DNA from: an uncultured bacterium
GTDB taxonomy: Bacteria > Verrucomicrobiota > Verrucomicrobiia > Limisphaerales > UBA8199
Assembly: GCA_963749495.1 (NCBI GenBank)
Contig: CAVVMW010000006.1
Coordinates: 1,120,001-1,184,000, forward strand
Length of the DNA: 64,000 nucleotides
Reading direction: 5' to 3'
This document shows positions 1-10,262 of this stretch, in pieces (position 1 is the stretch's first letter; the number at the start of each line of letters is the position of its first letter). The position numbers and the translations under genes are program-made. The notes under the pieces are model-generated. The model had not been told where the DNA came from, ran no database searches, and saw only the letters and a list, made by a program, of their open reading frames with translations.

Positions 1-460
1 GCGCGTCCGGGCACGCGAGGGCCTATGCTGACATCATCCCGGTCTGCTGAAACGGCCCACGGACGCGCTTTCTGGCCAGTTCAGCCTTCTGATTCACGTC
101 AACATTTTGTTGAGAATCAATGACTTACGCGAAATCGGCGGAGGTTGTATTGACACCTATCGCCTCCTGTTTCCAATACTGCGTACATAGATTTCCCCGC
201 GAAAAGGGAGGGTCACTAAACCAGATCCCCGCGGCTTTGTCAACGCCACGAATTCATTATCGGAAGCAGTATTGTCCCCCTTGAGACCGAAATCAAGCAA
301 GAGCGGAGTGCGGAGTGGGGAATGACGAATGACGAACCCCTCTCTTTTCCCCTTGCCATTTTCGAGCGGATCTGAGATACATGGGTATATCCAGTTGCCG
401 GTGGGGCGCTTCGAGCGCGCCGGCCGTGTATGGCCAGGGACAGGATGAAGTTGTCAGATT

Positions 461-1313
461 ATGAAACGACCGAGCCTGAACTCAATCTGCAAGGCTGCCG
501 CGGCTAGCGGCAGGAGAGCGTTTACGTTGATCGAGTTGCTGGTGGTCATCGCCATCATTGCCATTTTGGCGGCGATGCTCCTGCCCGCCCTCGCCAAGGC
601 CAAGATCAAGGCCCAGAGCGCCGAATGCGTCAGCAACCTTCACCAGCTTACCCTCGGCTGGACTCAGTATGCCGGCGATTACAGTGAGATCCTCGTCCCC
701 AACTGGCTGGCGGACAAGCGTGCCTGGATCGATGGCGTCCTCGGCGATGTCAGCAGCCTGCCGGGGGCAACAAATATCATCGAGATCAAAACGGGTCTCC
801 TATTCCCCTACAATCCCAATATCGGAACCTATGTCTGCCCGACGGCGCACCAAGGACCAGCCGAGATTGCCGGCCACCCGCGCCTCTGCCGCAACTACTC
901 GATGGAGGGCCGCATGGGCGGGGCCGATGCCGTGACGGCGGCGAAATACGGGGTGTCCGACACTACGTGGGTCCTGGGCACTTCTTTCCCCCAATACAAG
1001 AAGATGACCGAGGTACTTCGCCCCTCGCCGGCGGAAGCGATGACCTTCGTCGACGAGAGCATCGAAACGATCGACGACGGCTACTTTGCCGTAAACTACG
1101 CCAGTGAACCAACCACCTGGCAGAATTCTCCGACTGTTCGCCACGGGCAATCCTGCGTTTTCTCGTTTGCCGACGGCCACGCCGAGCGGTGGAAGTGGCG
1201 GACGCTCAACAAGGACCAGAACCTCGATGCGTCCTCCTCCGGACCTCCCAACACGCTGGTGGACCCTGAGGCGGCTTCAGTTCGTCGTGTTCCGGACCTC
1301 GACCCAGCCTTAG
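461..1313 (+). CDS. Prepilin-type N-methylation / H-X9-DG (DUF1559-like) protein; one apparent frameshift near 1265
   Basis: [26 protein letters not shown]-terminus and [16 protein letters not shown] motif. After an extra C in GGACCCTG, a natural C-terminus ([15 protein letters not shown]) lies in the next frame; the ORF-track extension to 1552 reads through heptamer repeats. Confidence 0.85.
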
Positions 1314-1420
1314 GGCGGAGGACGGAGGCCGGAGGACAGAGGCCGGAAGGCGGAGGACGGAGGCCGGAGGACAGAGGCCGGAAGGCGGAGGACGGAGGCC
1401 GGAAGACAGAAGTCGGAAGA
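1314..1420. repeat. Degenerate 7-bp tandem repeat (GGAGGAC/GGAGGCC/GGAAGGC/AGAGGCC)
   Basis: Read directly from sequence. Confidence 0.9.
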
Positions 1421-1856
1421 CGGTTGCCCGCGTTCAGCGTTTGCCCTGATTTCAGGGGCCAAAACGGTGTCATCCTTCGCTTCCCCACCACCTTACCCAG
1501 ATTTGCTTTGGGTTGGCCCCTTGAGGCGCTGGCGCGCATCCCGAAGGGATGAAAATCACTCAGCCCAGGGTTGAACGAAGCCGCGGCCCAAGGTTCGTTG
1601 GGCCATCCTTGGGGGTACTGCGGAAAGTCCTGGATTTGCCTTTGACTACGGTCTGCGGTCGAGGCTTTTGGGGACGGGCCAGAGCCGTGCCAACCTGCGC
1701 CAGTCCCGGTGCTGACGGGGCGGCAGCGTCGTCGAGGCTCCGGGATTGGCCACTGGCCAGTTGGGACGCTCAAGCGGGTGCCACGCGAACAAAGCGCGGG
1801 GGTGGGAGTTGGCCCCCCAGCCGGAACGAGCAGTGAGGTGGTCCAGGGCGTGGTTT

Positions 1857-3098
1857 TCATGGCGGCCTGATGGTGCGGCGGACGCCGAGGGGGGAGCCGT
1901 CGGGCAAGTGGATGACGTTGTCCCATGGGCGCCAGGAGCCGACCAGGACCAACCCGGTGCCACAATGCGGACAAAGCAGGCCTGCCTGCCGGACAGGCAG
2001 GGGTGTGGGCTGGGCGGAGACTCCTTGAGCGGCCAAGGCCGGGTCAGTCGGCGGGCTGGAGGTCGGAGGCTGCCAAGCGGCTTGCTCGGCCGCCGAGAGT
2101 AAGGGCGGTATTTTGAGCAGGGCTCGGATGCGGTTGAACTGGGCGCGTCCCCCTGGATGGAGCCAGCCAAAGCGGCGGACCCGATGGAATCTGGGCGGCA
2201 GGACGTGCTGGAGGAAGCGGCGGAGGAACTCGAAGGGGGCCATGTCGATGTGGCCCCAAGCCCCCGTGGCACTGTGGCGGAAGGGCCAGCGCAAGCGTCC
2301 GTCAGCCAGCAATTGGAGTTGGCGATTGCCGGTGGCGGTTTTAAACACGTAACGGCTAAGGTAGCGCAACGCCTTTTGGCCCCTGCCGACCGGAGCGCTG
2401 TGAACGACCCAGCGTTGCTGCCAGAGGTTGGCCGGGAGGTCATCAAGGGCCTCGGGCATCTGCTCTTGGAGTGCCTGGTGGTAAAGCGTGCGGCAGCGAT
2501 CGCTCAGGGCTTTGACCGGCAACAGGAACCGAGGGCGGCTGGAGATCCACTGGCGCTGGTCCGGGCTGAGGCCCCCGCCGGGCACCAGGTAGTGGACGTG
2601 GGGATGGTATTCGAGGGTGCGCGTCCAGGTGTGGAGCACGCCCAGCATACCGAGGGTGGCGCCGAGGCGTTTGGGATTTTGAGCCAGATCCTGCAGGGCC
2701 TGGGAACTGGCGGCCAGGAGCAGGTCATAGCCCTTTTGGGGGTGAGAGCGGATCCAGCGGCGCAAGCCGTTGGGCACGGTGAAGGTGACCAGGAAATAGT
2801 TCACCGGCAGCAACAGGGCGCTATTCTCATCAAGCCACTGCTGGGCATCCTGGCCGCCGCACTGCGGGCAGTGCCGGTCGTTGCAGGAGTGATAACTGAA
2901 GTGGCGGTGGTCGCACTTGGGGCAACAGTACATCGCCCCGCCCAGGGCCGGGGTGCGGCAAGCCAAGAGGCGTTGCAGCACCCGGCACTGGCGGGTGGGC
3001 ATGGCAGCTCCGAACTGCTCCAGATAGGCCGGAGCCCATCGGCACAACACTTCGTGGACGGATAAGGAGCTGCCGCTGTCCTGAGCGGCTGCGGCCAT
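1857..3098 (-). CDS. IS91-family rolling-circle transposase
   Basis: Zn-binding CPKC..SCNDRHCPQC, HUH motif HPHVH, YLSRY (Y2), FLRRFLQHVLP. Confidence 0.92.
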   Translation of the reverse strand: MAAAAQDSGSSLSVHEVLCRWAPAYLEQFGAAMPTRQCRVLQRLLACRTPALGGAMYCCPKCDHRHFSYHSCNDRHCPQCGGQDAQQWLDENSALLLPVNYFLVTFTVPNGLRRWIRSHPQKGYDLLLAASSQALQDLAQNPKRLGATLGMLGVLHTWTRTLEYHPHVHYLVPGGGLSPDQRQWISSRPRFLLPVKALSDRCRTLYHQALQEQMPEALDDLPANLWQQRWVVHSAPVGRGQKALRYLSRYVFKTATGNRQLQLLADGRLRWPFRHSATGAWGHIDMAPFEFLRRFLQHVLPPRFHRVRRFGWLHPGGRAQFNRIRALLKIPPLLSAAEQAAWQPPTSSPPTDPALAAQGVSAQPTPLPVRQAGLLCPHCGTGLVLVGSWRPWDNVIHLPDGSPLGVRRTIRPP

Positions 3099-3109
3099 TG
3101 AGAGGCCGC

Positions 3110-3999
3110 CTAGAGGTCGCCCATGAACTTGTTAATGCGCTGCTGGTGCTGAGTCTGACAGAGGGTGGTTAAGTGGGTGTAGATGACGGTGGTGACGGGG
3201 CTGTGATGGCCGAGGTTGACCTGCAATTGGCGGAGGTTTTCGCCTTGCTCCAGCAGGTGGGTGGCATAGCTGTGGCGCAGCGTATGAATGTGGGCCGCCT
3301 TTTTGATGCCGCTGGCGTGCAGGGCCAGACGGAAGGCTCGTTGCAGCGTGGTGCGGTTCATGGGCTCGGTGGCGGTAAGAGCGCCCAGACCGCTGTGGCC
3401 TTTAGCTGGGAAAAGCCATCGTGGATGGCGGTGGCTGCGCCAGAGTTCGCGCAGCAGTTCCAGGGTGCGCTGGGGCAAGGGCACATAACGGTTGCGGTTG
3501 CCCTTGCCCGCCCGGATGTGCAAGAACATCCGTTGGGAATCAATGTCGCCGACTTCCAGGTTGACGGCTTCGCCCAAGCGCAGGCCACAGGAGTAGATCG
3601 TCGTCAGGGCGACCCGATGGTCCAGAGGGGCAACCCGGCCGATAATCGTGCGCACCTCGGAGGCCGAGAGGATAACTGGCAGCTTGAATTGGGGCGTGGC
3701 GCGCACAAACTCCAGTTCCGCGGGCCAGGGCCGCTGGAGGGTTTTCTCCCAGAAGAGTTTGATGGCACACAAAGCCTGCGTGGAGGTTTGGCGGGCCAAG
3801 TGCCGCTCGGTCTTGAGATGGATGAAATACTGGCGGAGTTCCTCGGCGCTCACCAAGTCGGGTGAGCGCTCAAAGTAATCGGAGAGTTGGCGCACACAGA
3901 CCCAGTAGATCTCTTGGCTTCGGGGCTGGAGCGGCAGCAGAGCCAGGTCATCGGCAAAGCGGTTCAGGATTGCGTGAGGAGAACTTTTTTTATATGCAT
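3110..3999 (-). CDS. Tyrosine recombinase/integrase with N-terminal SAM-like domain
   Basis: GLRLGE, GKG, HTLRHSYATHLLE, LGH..T..Y motifs. The frame stays open upstream of 3895 to an A7 run next to an ATG at 3999 that is one base out of frame, so the start is uncertain. Confidence 0.88.
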
Positions 4000-4210
4000 A
4001 GCTGCGGTACTACAAGTTAATGGTGACGGTTTGCCGTGCGTCAATGCACGGCGAACCGTCATCAGTCTGTGGGAGTTCCGACCATAGGCCAACGCAAAAC
4101 CAGCCCTCCAGCCTGCGAACTGCGGAGCCGCAGCACTTCCGTCTTCTCCGCCGCGTAGCGGCTTCGTTCAACCCTGGGCTGAGTGCTTGCTATCCTTTCA
4201 GGATGAGGGC

Positions 4211-4289
4211 GTTTCACGCCTCACGTTTCACGTTTCACGTTTCACGTTTCACGTTTCACGTTTCACGTTTCACGCCTCACGTTTCACAC
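4211..4289. repeat. (TTTCACG)n heptamer tandem repeat
   Basis: About 11 units read directly. Confidence 0.95.
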
Positions 4290-4297
4290 CTCCGCCG

Positions 4298-5188
4298 TCA
4301 AAGCGGTTTCCCCGTCAGCCTCTGGTATGCCTCCAGGTACTTCGCTTGGGTCCTGGCCACGACCTCCAAGGGCAAGGCGGGGGCAGGCGGGGTCTTGTCC
4401 CAATCCAGCGTTTCGAGGTAATCGCGCACGAATTGCTTGTCGAAACTCGGCTGGCTCTTGCCGGGCTGGTACGGCTCGGCCGGCCAGAACCTCGACGAAT
4501 CGGGGGTCAGGACCTCATCGATGAGGAGCAACTGGCCGTCGAGCAGGCCAAACTCGAACTTCGTGTCGGCGATAATAATCCCCCGCCCGCGGGCATAGTC
4601 GCGGGCGAACTGGTAGAGCCTGAGGCTGGCGGCGCGGAGGCGCCCTGCGAGGTCCGCCCCCACGATGGCCGCCGCGCGGTCGAACGAGATGTTTTCATCA
4701 TGGCCGCTCTCGGCCTTGGTGGCCGGTGTGAAGATGGGTTCGGGCAGTTCGGAGGATTCCACAAGGCCGGGCGGGAGGTGGATGCCGCAGACGGTCTGGC
4801 TGGAGCGATACTCTTTCCAGCCCGAGCCGGCGAGATAGCCGCGCACGACGCACTCGATGGGCAGCGGCGCGGCCTTTTTCACGATCATGCTGCGGCGCGC
4901 CAGTTGCTCGGTAAAGGGCCGGAGATTCTCCGGCAACGGCGTGTTGGCGTGCCAGAGCAGGTGGTTGGGCTGGAAAGGGGCGGTCTGCTCGAACCAAAAA
5001 TAGGAGATCTGCGTCAGCACCTCGCCCTTGCGCGGGATGCCGTTGGGCATAATGCAGTCGAAAGCAGAAATCCGGTCGCTCGCCACCATCAGCAAGCGGT
5101 CGCCCAAATCGAAGATCTCCCTCACTTTGCCGCTCTTGATTTTCTTGATGCCGGGCAATTCCAGGTGCAGCAGGGTCTCGGTTTCCAT
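4298..5188 (-). CDS. purC: SAICAR synthase
   Basis: SGKVREIF, SDRISAFD, ECVVRGYLAGSGW, IIADTKFEFG, DEVLTPDSSRFW, DKQFVRDYL. Confidence 0.97.
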   Translation of the reverse strand: METETLLHLELPGIKKIKSGKVREIFDLGDRLLMVASDRISAFDCIMPNGIPRKGEVLTQISYFWFEQTAPFQPNHLLWHANTPLPENLRPFTEQLARRSMIVKKAAPLPIECVVRGYLAGSGWKEYRSSQTVCGIHLPPGLVESSELPEPIFTPATKAESGHDENISFDRAAAIVGADLAGRLRAASLRLYQFARDYARGRGIIIADTKFEFGLLDGQLLLIDEVLTPDSSRFWPAEPYQPGKSQPSFDKQFVRDYLETLDWDKTPPAPALPLEVVARTQAKYLEAYQRLTGKPL

Positions 5189-5282
5189 GGACTAACTATC
5201 GCGCAGAGGGCGAGAGGGGAAAAGCAAAATTGTCGGGTCTTCAGGCCGAAGGCCTGGCTCATACCAGCCCAGGGCAAAGCCC

Positions 5283-5424
5283 CATTGCACCCGACTTCCG
5301 ATGACTTTGGTATCTTTGTCGCAGCCTTTGTCGCAGCCTTTGTCGAGCTCGGCCGGATTTCGACAAAGGTTTCGACAAAGGCTGCGACAAAGGTCGTGAA
5401 AGCCACTCAAAGTCCGGCGCGGTA
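5283..5424. repeat. MITE-like unit containing CTTTGTCGCAGC / CGACAAAGG 12-mers; partial copy at about 39760-39827, related 12-mers at 34909-34990
   Basis: CATTGCACCCGACTT..CTTTGTCGAGCTC matches the reverse complement of 39760-39827. Confidence 0.65.
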
Positions 5425-5488
5425 GGGCGGTGCCCCAGGAAATGATCCGACCCAGCGCCTGGAGCGCCAACGGCGCGGCCCATGCCAT

Positions 5489-6753
5489 CTGCGTCCGGCT
5501 CACCGCGTAGCGGTGCCCGATGGTAGCCGTGGACTTCCAGTCCACGGACCCGTGGCCCAAGCTCGACCGCGTCGCGTAGCGACACCTGAAAACCGCGAGG
5601 CCGTCAGGCGTCGCTACGCGACGCGGACCCGTTCCCACGCCTCAAACCGTGGACCGAGGTCCACGGCTACCTTCACTGCGTTGCTCCGCGACGCGCGCGC
5701 TGCGTCCGGCTCACCGCGTAACGGTGCCCGATGGTAGCCGTGGACTTCCAGTCCACGGACCCGTGGCCCAAGCTCGACCGCGTCGCGTAGCGACGCCTGA
5801 AAACCGCGAGGCCGTCAGGCGTCGCTACGCGACGCGGGCCCGTTCCCACGCCTCAAACCGTGGACCGAGGTCCACGGCTACCTTCACTGCGTCGCTCCGC
5901 GACGCGCGCGCTGCGTCCGGCTCACCGCGTAGCGGTGCCCGATGGTAGCCGTGGACTTCCAGTCCACGGACCCGTGGCCCAAGCTCGACCGCGTCGCGTA
6001 GCGACGCCTGAAAACCGCGAGGCCGTCAGGCGTCGCTACGCGACGCGGACCCGTTCCCACGCCTCAAACCGTGGACCGAGGTCCACGGCTACCTTCACTG
6101 CGTCGCTCCGCGACGCGCGCGCTGCGTCCTGCTCACCGCGTAGCGGTGCCCGATGGTAGCCGTGGACTTCCAGTCCACGGACCCGTGGCCCAAGCTCGAC
6201 CGCGTCGCGTAGCGACGCCTGAAAACCGCGAGGCCGTCAGGCGTCGCTACGCGACGCGGACCCGTTCCCAGCCGCAAACCGTGGACCGAGGTCCACGGCT
6301 ACCTTCACTGCGTCGCTCCGCGACGCGCGCGCTGCGTCCGGCTCACCGCGTAGCGGTGCCCGATGGTAGCCGTGGACTTCCAGTCCACGGACCCGTGGCC
6401 CAAGCTCAACCGCGTCGCGTAGCGACGCCTGAAAACCGCGAGGCCGTCAGGCGTCGCTACGCGACGCGGGCCCGTTCCCACGCCTCAAACCGTGGACCGA
6501 GGTCCACGGCTACCTTCACTGCGTCGCTCCGCGACGCGCGCGCTGCGTCCGGCTCACCGCGTAGCGGTGCCCGATGGTAGCCGTGGACTTCCAGTCCACG
6601 GACCCGTGGCCCAAGCTCAACCGCGTCGCGTAGCGACGCCTGAAAACCGCGAGGCCGTCAGGCGTCGCTACGCGACGCGGACCCGTTCCCACGCCTCAAA
6701 CCGTGGACCGAGGTCCACGGCTACCTTCACTGCGTCGCTCCGCGACGCGCGCG
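5489..6753. repeat. Tandem array of six ~211-bp REP/BIME-like units
   Basis: Units start at 5489, 5700, 5911, 6122, 6332 and 6543; each has GGTAGCCGTGGAC..GTCCACGG and CGTCGCGTAGCGACG palindromes in inverted arrangement. Confidence 0.95.
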
Positions 6754-6781
6754 CAGGGCGTTGCCGCAGGCTTGACTCTGG

Positions 6782-7747
6782 TCACCCGGGCCTGCGCCGC
6801 TCCCGCTGGGCGGCCAGGAGCGACAGGAGCACCGAGAGCAGGATGATCCCGGCGACAACGGCCAGCGAGACGGAGGTGGGAATCTCGAGCTGGATTCCGC
6901 GCGGGGGCAGGTCGTGCGGGTCGAGCAGCATTTTGGTCCCGATGAAGACCAGGACGACCGACAGGCCGGCCTTGAGGTAGCGGAAAGAGCCGATGGCGCC
7001 CGCCAGGACGAAGTAAAGCGAGCGCAGGCCGAGGATGGCGAAGACGTTCGAGGTGAAGACGATGAAGGCCTTGGTGGTGACGGCGAAGACGGCGGGCACC
7101 GAATCGAACGCGAAGACCAGGTCGGTGGTTTCGATCATGAGCAGGACCAGGGCCAGGGGCGTAAGGGCCCGTTTGCCCTGCCAGCGGGTCACGAATTTTT
7201 GCCCCTCCAGCGCCGGTGTCACGGGATAGAACCGGCGGACAAAGCGGATGACGCGGTTTCTCTCGGGCCGGACCTTGGGCTGCGTGAAGATGAGCCGGAT
7301 GCCGGTGAACAGGACGAAGGCGCCGAGGGCGTAAAGGACCCAGTGCAACATGGCGATGAGGGCCACGCCCACCCCGATCATCAAGCCCCGCATGAGCAGC
7401 GCCCCCAGGATGCCCCAGAACAGGACCCGGTGCTGGAGGGCGGAGGGAATGCCGAAATAGGCGAAGATCAGCGCCATGACGAACACGTTGTCCATCGAGA
7501 GCGACAGCTCGATGAGATAGCCGGTGTAGAATTGGAGGGCCTCCTTTTGCCCGCGCAAAAACTGAAGTCCAAGGCCAAACAGCAGCGCCAAACCGACCCA
7601 CAGCGCCGTCCACGCCAGCGCCTCGCGGGTCTGGACCGCGTGCGCGCGGCGATGGACCACGCCCAAATCCAGCGCCAGAAACCCCAACACGCAGGCGATG
7701 AAGCCCGCCCAATGCCACCAGCCAATTTCTATCCCCGCCCCGCTCAC
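6782..7747 (-). CDS. TerC/Alx family membrane protein
   Basis: GYLIELSLSMDNVFV, QHRVLFWGILGALLMR, ETTDLVFAFDSVPA, TSNVFAILGLRSLYF; GTG start overlaps the secDF stop (GTGA). Confidence 0.92.
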   Translation of the reverse strand: MSGAGIEIGWWHWAGFIACVLGFLALDLGVVHRRAHAVQTREALAWTALWVGLALLFGLGLQFLRGQKEALQFYTGYLIELSLSMDNVFVMALIFAYFGIPSALQHRVLFWGILGALLMRGLMIGVGVALIAMLHWVLYALGAFVLFTGIRLIFTQPKVRPERNRVIRFVRRFYPVTPALEGQKFVTRWQGKRALTPLALVLLMIETTDLVFAFDSVPAVFAVTTKAFIVFTSNVFAILGLRSLYFVLAGAIGSFRYLKAGLSVVLVFIGTKMLLDPHDLPPRGIQLEIPTSVSLAVVAGIILLSVLLSLLAAQRERRRPG

Positions 7748-10248
7748 GTCACCGCCGGGCCGGTGCGTTGGCCCCGAGCGGCGGCGATGGTCTCGGCCGC
7801 GACCGGGCCGGCGCCGATCTGGGGCCGCAGCCCCTTGTGCCACCACAGGACCAGGGCGCTGGCGATGTAGATGCTGGAGTAGGTGCCGGTGACGATGCCG
7901 ATGAGGAAGGTAAAGGCAAAGTCGCGGATTTCGCCCCCGCCGAAGATGTACAACGAAGAGGTGGCGATGAAGACCGTGCCTGAGGTGATGATCGTCCGGC
8001 TCAGGGTCTGGTTGAGCGAGAGGTTCATCACGTCTTTGAACGTGCCCCGAATCCCCAGCTTGAGGCTCTCCCGGATACGGTCGAAGATGACGATGGTATC
8101 GTTGGTGGAGAAGCCGATGATCGTCAGGATGGCGGCGACCGAAGTGGCGCTGAACTGGCCTCCGGCCACGCAATACAGGCCGATCGTCATGAGCACGTCA
8201 TGGATGACGGCCAGGACGGCGCCGACGGCAAACGAGAACTCGTAGCGGAAGGCCACATAGACCAGGATGCCGAAGAGCGAAAGCAAGGAGGCGATAATGG
8301 CCGAGCGGGTGATGTCGCTGCCGACGGAGGCGCCAACGTGCTCGCGGCCCACAGCAGTGAAGTTGCCGGGCCAGAGCTTCTCCAGTGTGTTGGTCACGAC
8401 ACCACCGGGGTCCGAAAGCGTATCCAGGCGGAGAGTCTCGGCGCCCGTGCCCAGGTTTTTCTGAGACTGGATTCTGGCGTCCTTGACGCCCGCCGTCTCG
8501 AGGGCACGGCGAACCTCGCCGACTGGGATCTTCTGCTTGAACGAGCAGGTGATGGTATCGCCGCCAACGAAATCGCGGCCGAAGGTGCTCATACCGCGGT
8601 AAATGCCGACGCCGACGCCGAAGGTAATGATGACCCAGGAGGTGATGAAGGCGGGCTTGGCCAGCTTCATGAAGTCCAGCTTCAAGTGGGAGGGGATGAG
8701 GTGGAACATCTTGATGGCCTTGAGCCAGCCGCGCTCGACCAGGAAATCGAAGATCATCCGCGTGACCACCAGGGCGGTGAAGAGGCTGGCGGCCACACCG
8801 ATGGTGAGGGCGACGCCGAAGCCCTTGATCGAGCCTGTGCCCATGAAGATGAGGATGACCGAGGAGATGAGGGTGGTGACGTGGGAGTCGAAGATCGTGC
8901 CAAACGCGCGGGCATAGCCGGCGGCGATGGCGCCGCGCAGGGACTTGCCCTTGGCGGATTCCTCACGGATGCGCTCGTAGATGAGCACGTTGGCATCGAC
9001 GGCCATGCCTGCGGTCAGGACGATGCCGGAAATGCCCGGCAGGGTAAGGGTGGTGCCGATGGAGCACATGACGCCCAGCAGGATGATGATGTTGAAGATG
9101 AGGGCGACGTTGGCCACCATGCCCGCGATCAGGTAGTAGAGGAGCATGAAGGCGGAGACGGCCAGCACGCCGACCACACAGGCAATGATGCCGCTGTGGA
9201 TGGCGTCGCGTCCCAGGGTGGGATCCACCTGGCTCGAACTCATGAGTTCGAGGGGGGCGCGCAACGGGTTTTCGAGGGCGTTGGCCAGGTCCATGGCCTC
9301 TTTAATGTCGAACTGGCCGGTAATCTGGCCGGCGCCCGTCTCGATGGGCGTTCGGATGACCGGGGCCGAGAGGAGCACGCCATCCAGCACGATCCCCAGG
9401 CGGTGGCCCACGTTCTCGCGCGTGAGCGCGCCGAAGATATCGGCGCCCTGGGCATTGAGGGTGAATTCTATTTCCGGCTCAGCCAGGTTGCCCCGCCCCA
9501 CGAAGGCCCGGGAGATGGCGTCGCCCTTCAAATCGGGGCGTTTCTTGACCAGGAGATTCTCGACCTCCTGGCGCCCGTTGCGCCGCTCCTTGAGCTTCAT
9601 CAACTCATAGCCCGGCTCGGTGATCTGCTGGGCAATCAGTTCCTGGCTCTTGGGGTGGACCATGCGGAATTCCAGATAGGCGGCGCGCTTGATCGAATCG
9701 ATGGCGTCCTGCTGGTTGGCGGCCGAGAGGCCGGGCAGTTGCACCAGGATCTCGTCCTTGCCCTGGGGCTGGATGAGCGGCTCGGCCACGCCGAAGCGGT
9801 CCACGCGCCGGCGGAGCACCTCGACCGCCTGCGACAGGGCCGCGCCCGTGTCCGCATTGGTCAGCAACTCGGTCTTCATGCGCACCAGGAACGAGGTGCC
9901 GCCCTGGAGGTCCAGGCCCAGCCGGATGCGGCCCGCCGCCTCGCGTTGCAGGCGGTTGAGAATGAAGGCCGTCGGGTGGTCCTCGTCCTTGGCATCGAAG
10001 AACATGAAGTAACGGGTGATGTCATTGGTCCCGATGGCCTCCCTCAGGTCGTCGTAGGGCTTGTCCGGGGCCTTTTTCTGCAGTTGCAGGGCCTTCTGCA
10101 TGATCCCTGCGAAGGTCGCATCATGGTTCCGGGCCCGTTGACGAAAATACTGGATGAGGTCCCGTCCGCTGGGCGGCCAGACTTCATAGATCGACCACAG
10201 GATGACCATGGCAACCAGGAAAACTCTCCAAAAGCTATTGCGATTCAT
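7744..10248 (-). CDS. secDF: Protein translocase subunit SecDF (fused)
   Basis: LGLDLQGG, LTLPGISG, GMAVDANVLIYERIREE, GFSTNDTIVIFDRIRE, GTYSSIYIA. Confidence 0.96.
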   Translation of the reverse strand: MNRNSFWRVFLVAMVILWSIYEVWPPSGRDLIQYFRQRARNHDATFAGIMQKALQLQKKAPDKPYDDLREAIGTNDITRYFMFFDAKDEDHPTAFILNRLQREAAGRIRLGLDLQGGTSFLVRMKTELLTNADTGAALSQAVEVLRRRVDRFGVAEPLIQPQGKDEILVQLPGLSAANQQDAIDSIKRAAYLEFRMVHPKSQELIAQQITEPGYELMKLKERRNGRQEVENLLVKKRPDLKGDAISRAFVGRGNLAEPEIEFTLNAQGADIFGALTRENVGHRLGIVLDGVLLSAPVIRTPIETGAGQITGQFDIKEAMDLANALENPLRAPLELMSSSQVDPTLGRDAIHSGIIACVVGVLAVSAFMLLYYLIAGMVANVALIFNIIILLGVMCSIGTTLTLPGISGIVLTAGMAVDANVLIYERIREESAKGKSLRGAIAAGYARAFGTIFDSHVTTLISSVILIFMGTGSIKGFGVALTIGVAASLFTALVVTRMIFDFLVERGWLKAIKMFHLIPSHLKLDFMKLAKPAFITSWVIITFGVGVGIYRGMSTFGRDFVGGDTITCSFKQKIPVGEVRRALETAGVKDARIQSQKNLGTGAETLRLDTLSDPGGVVTNTLEKLWPGNFTAVGREHVGASVGSDITRSAIIASLLSLFGILVYVAFRYEFSFAVGAVLAVIHDVLMTIGLYCVAGGQFSATSVAAILTIIGFSTNDTIVIFDRIRESLKLGIRGTFKDVMNLSLNQTLSRTIITSGTVFIATSSLYIFGGGEIRDFAFTFLIGIVTGTYSSIYIASALVLWWHKGLRPQIGAGPVAAETIAAARGQRTGPAVT

Positions 10249-10262
10249 GAGAACAAACCAAA

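Larger units (their letters stand above)
1570..4172 (-). mobile_element. Tyrosine recombinase + IS91-like (HUH/Y2) transposase element
   Basis: Two adjacent co-oriented genes; ends GTTGAACGAAGCCGC (1570) and GCGGCTTCGTTCAAC (4172) lie within a perfect 28-bp inverted repeat, 1557-1584 / 4158-4185. Confidence 0.8.

Noticed and set aside
150..380. Sigma-70 promoters (TTGACA at 150, TTGCCA at 353)
   Set aside because: No convincing -10 element at the proper spacing
5489..6753. CRISPR array
   Set aside because: Whole 211-bp units repeat with no unique spacers, and there are no cas genes
4187..6980. ORF-track ORFs 4187..5425, 5513..6980 and similar long antisense ORFs (e.g. 8200..10266, 23726..25678, 25776..27566)
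   Set aside because: Shadow frames of real genes or translations of repeats in GC-rich DNA
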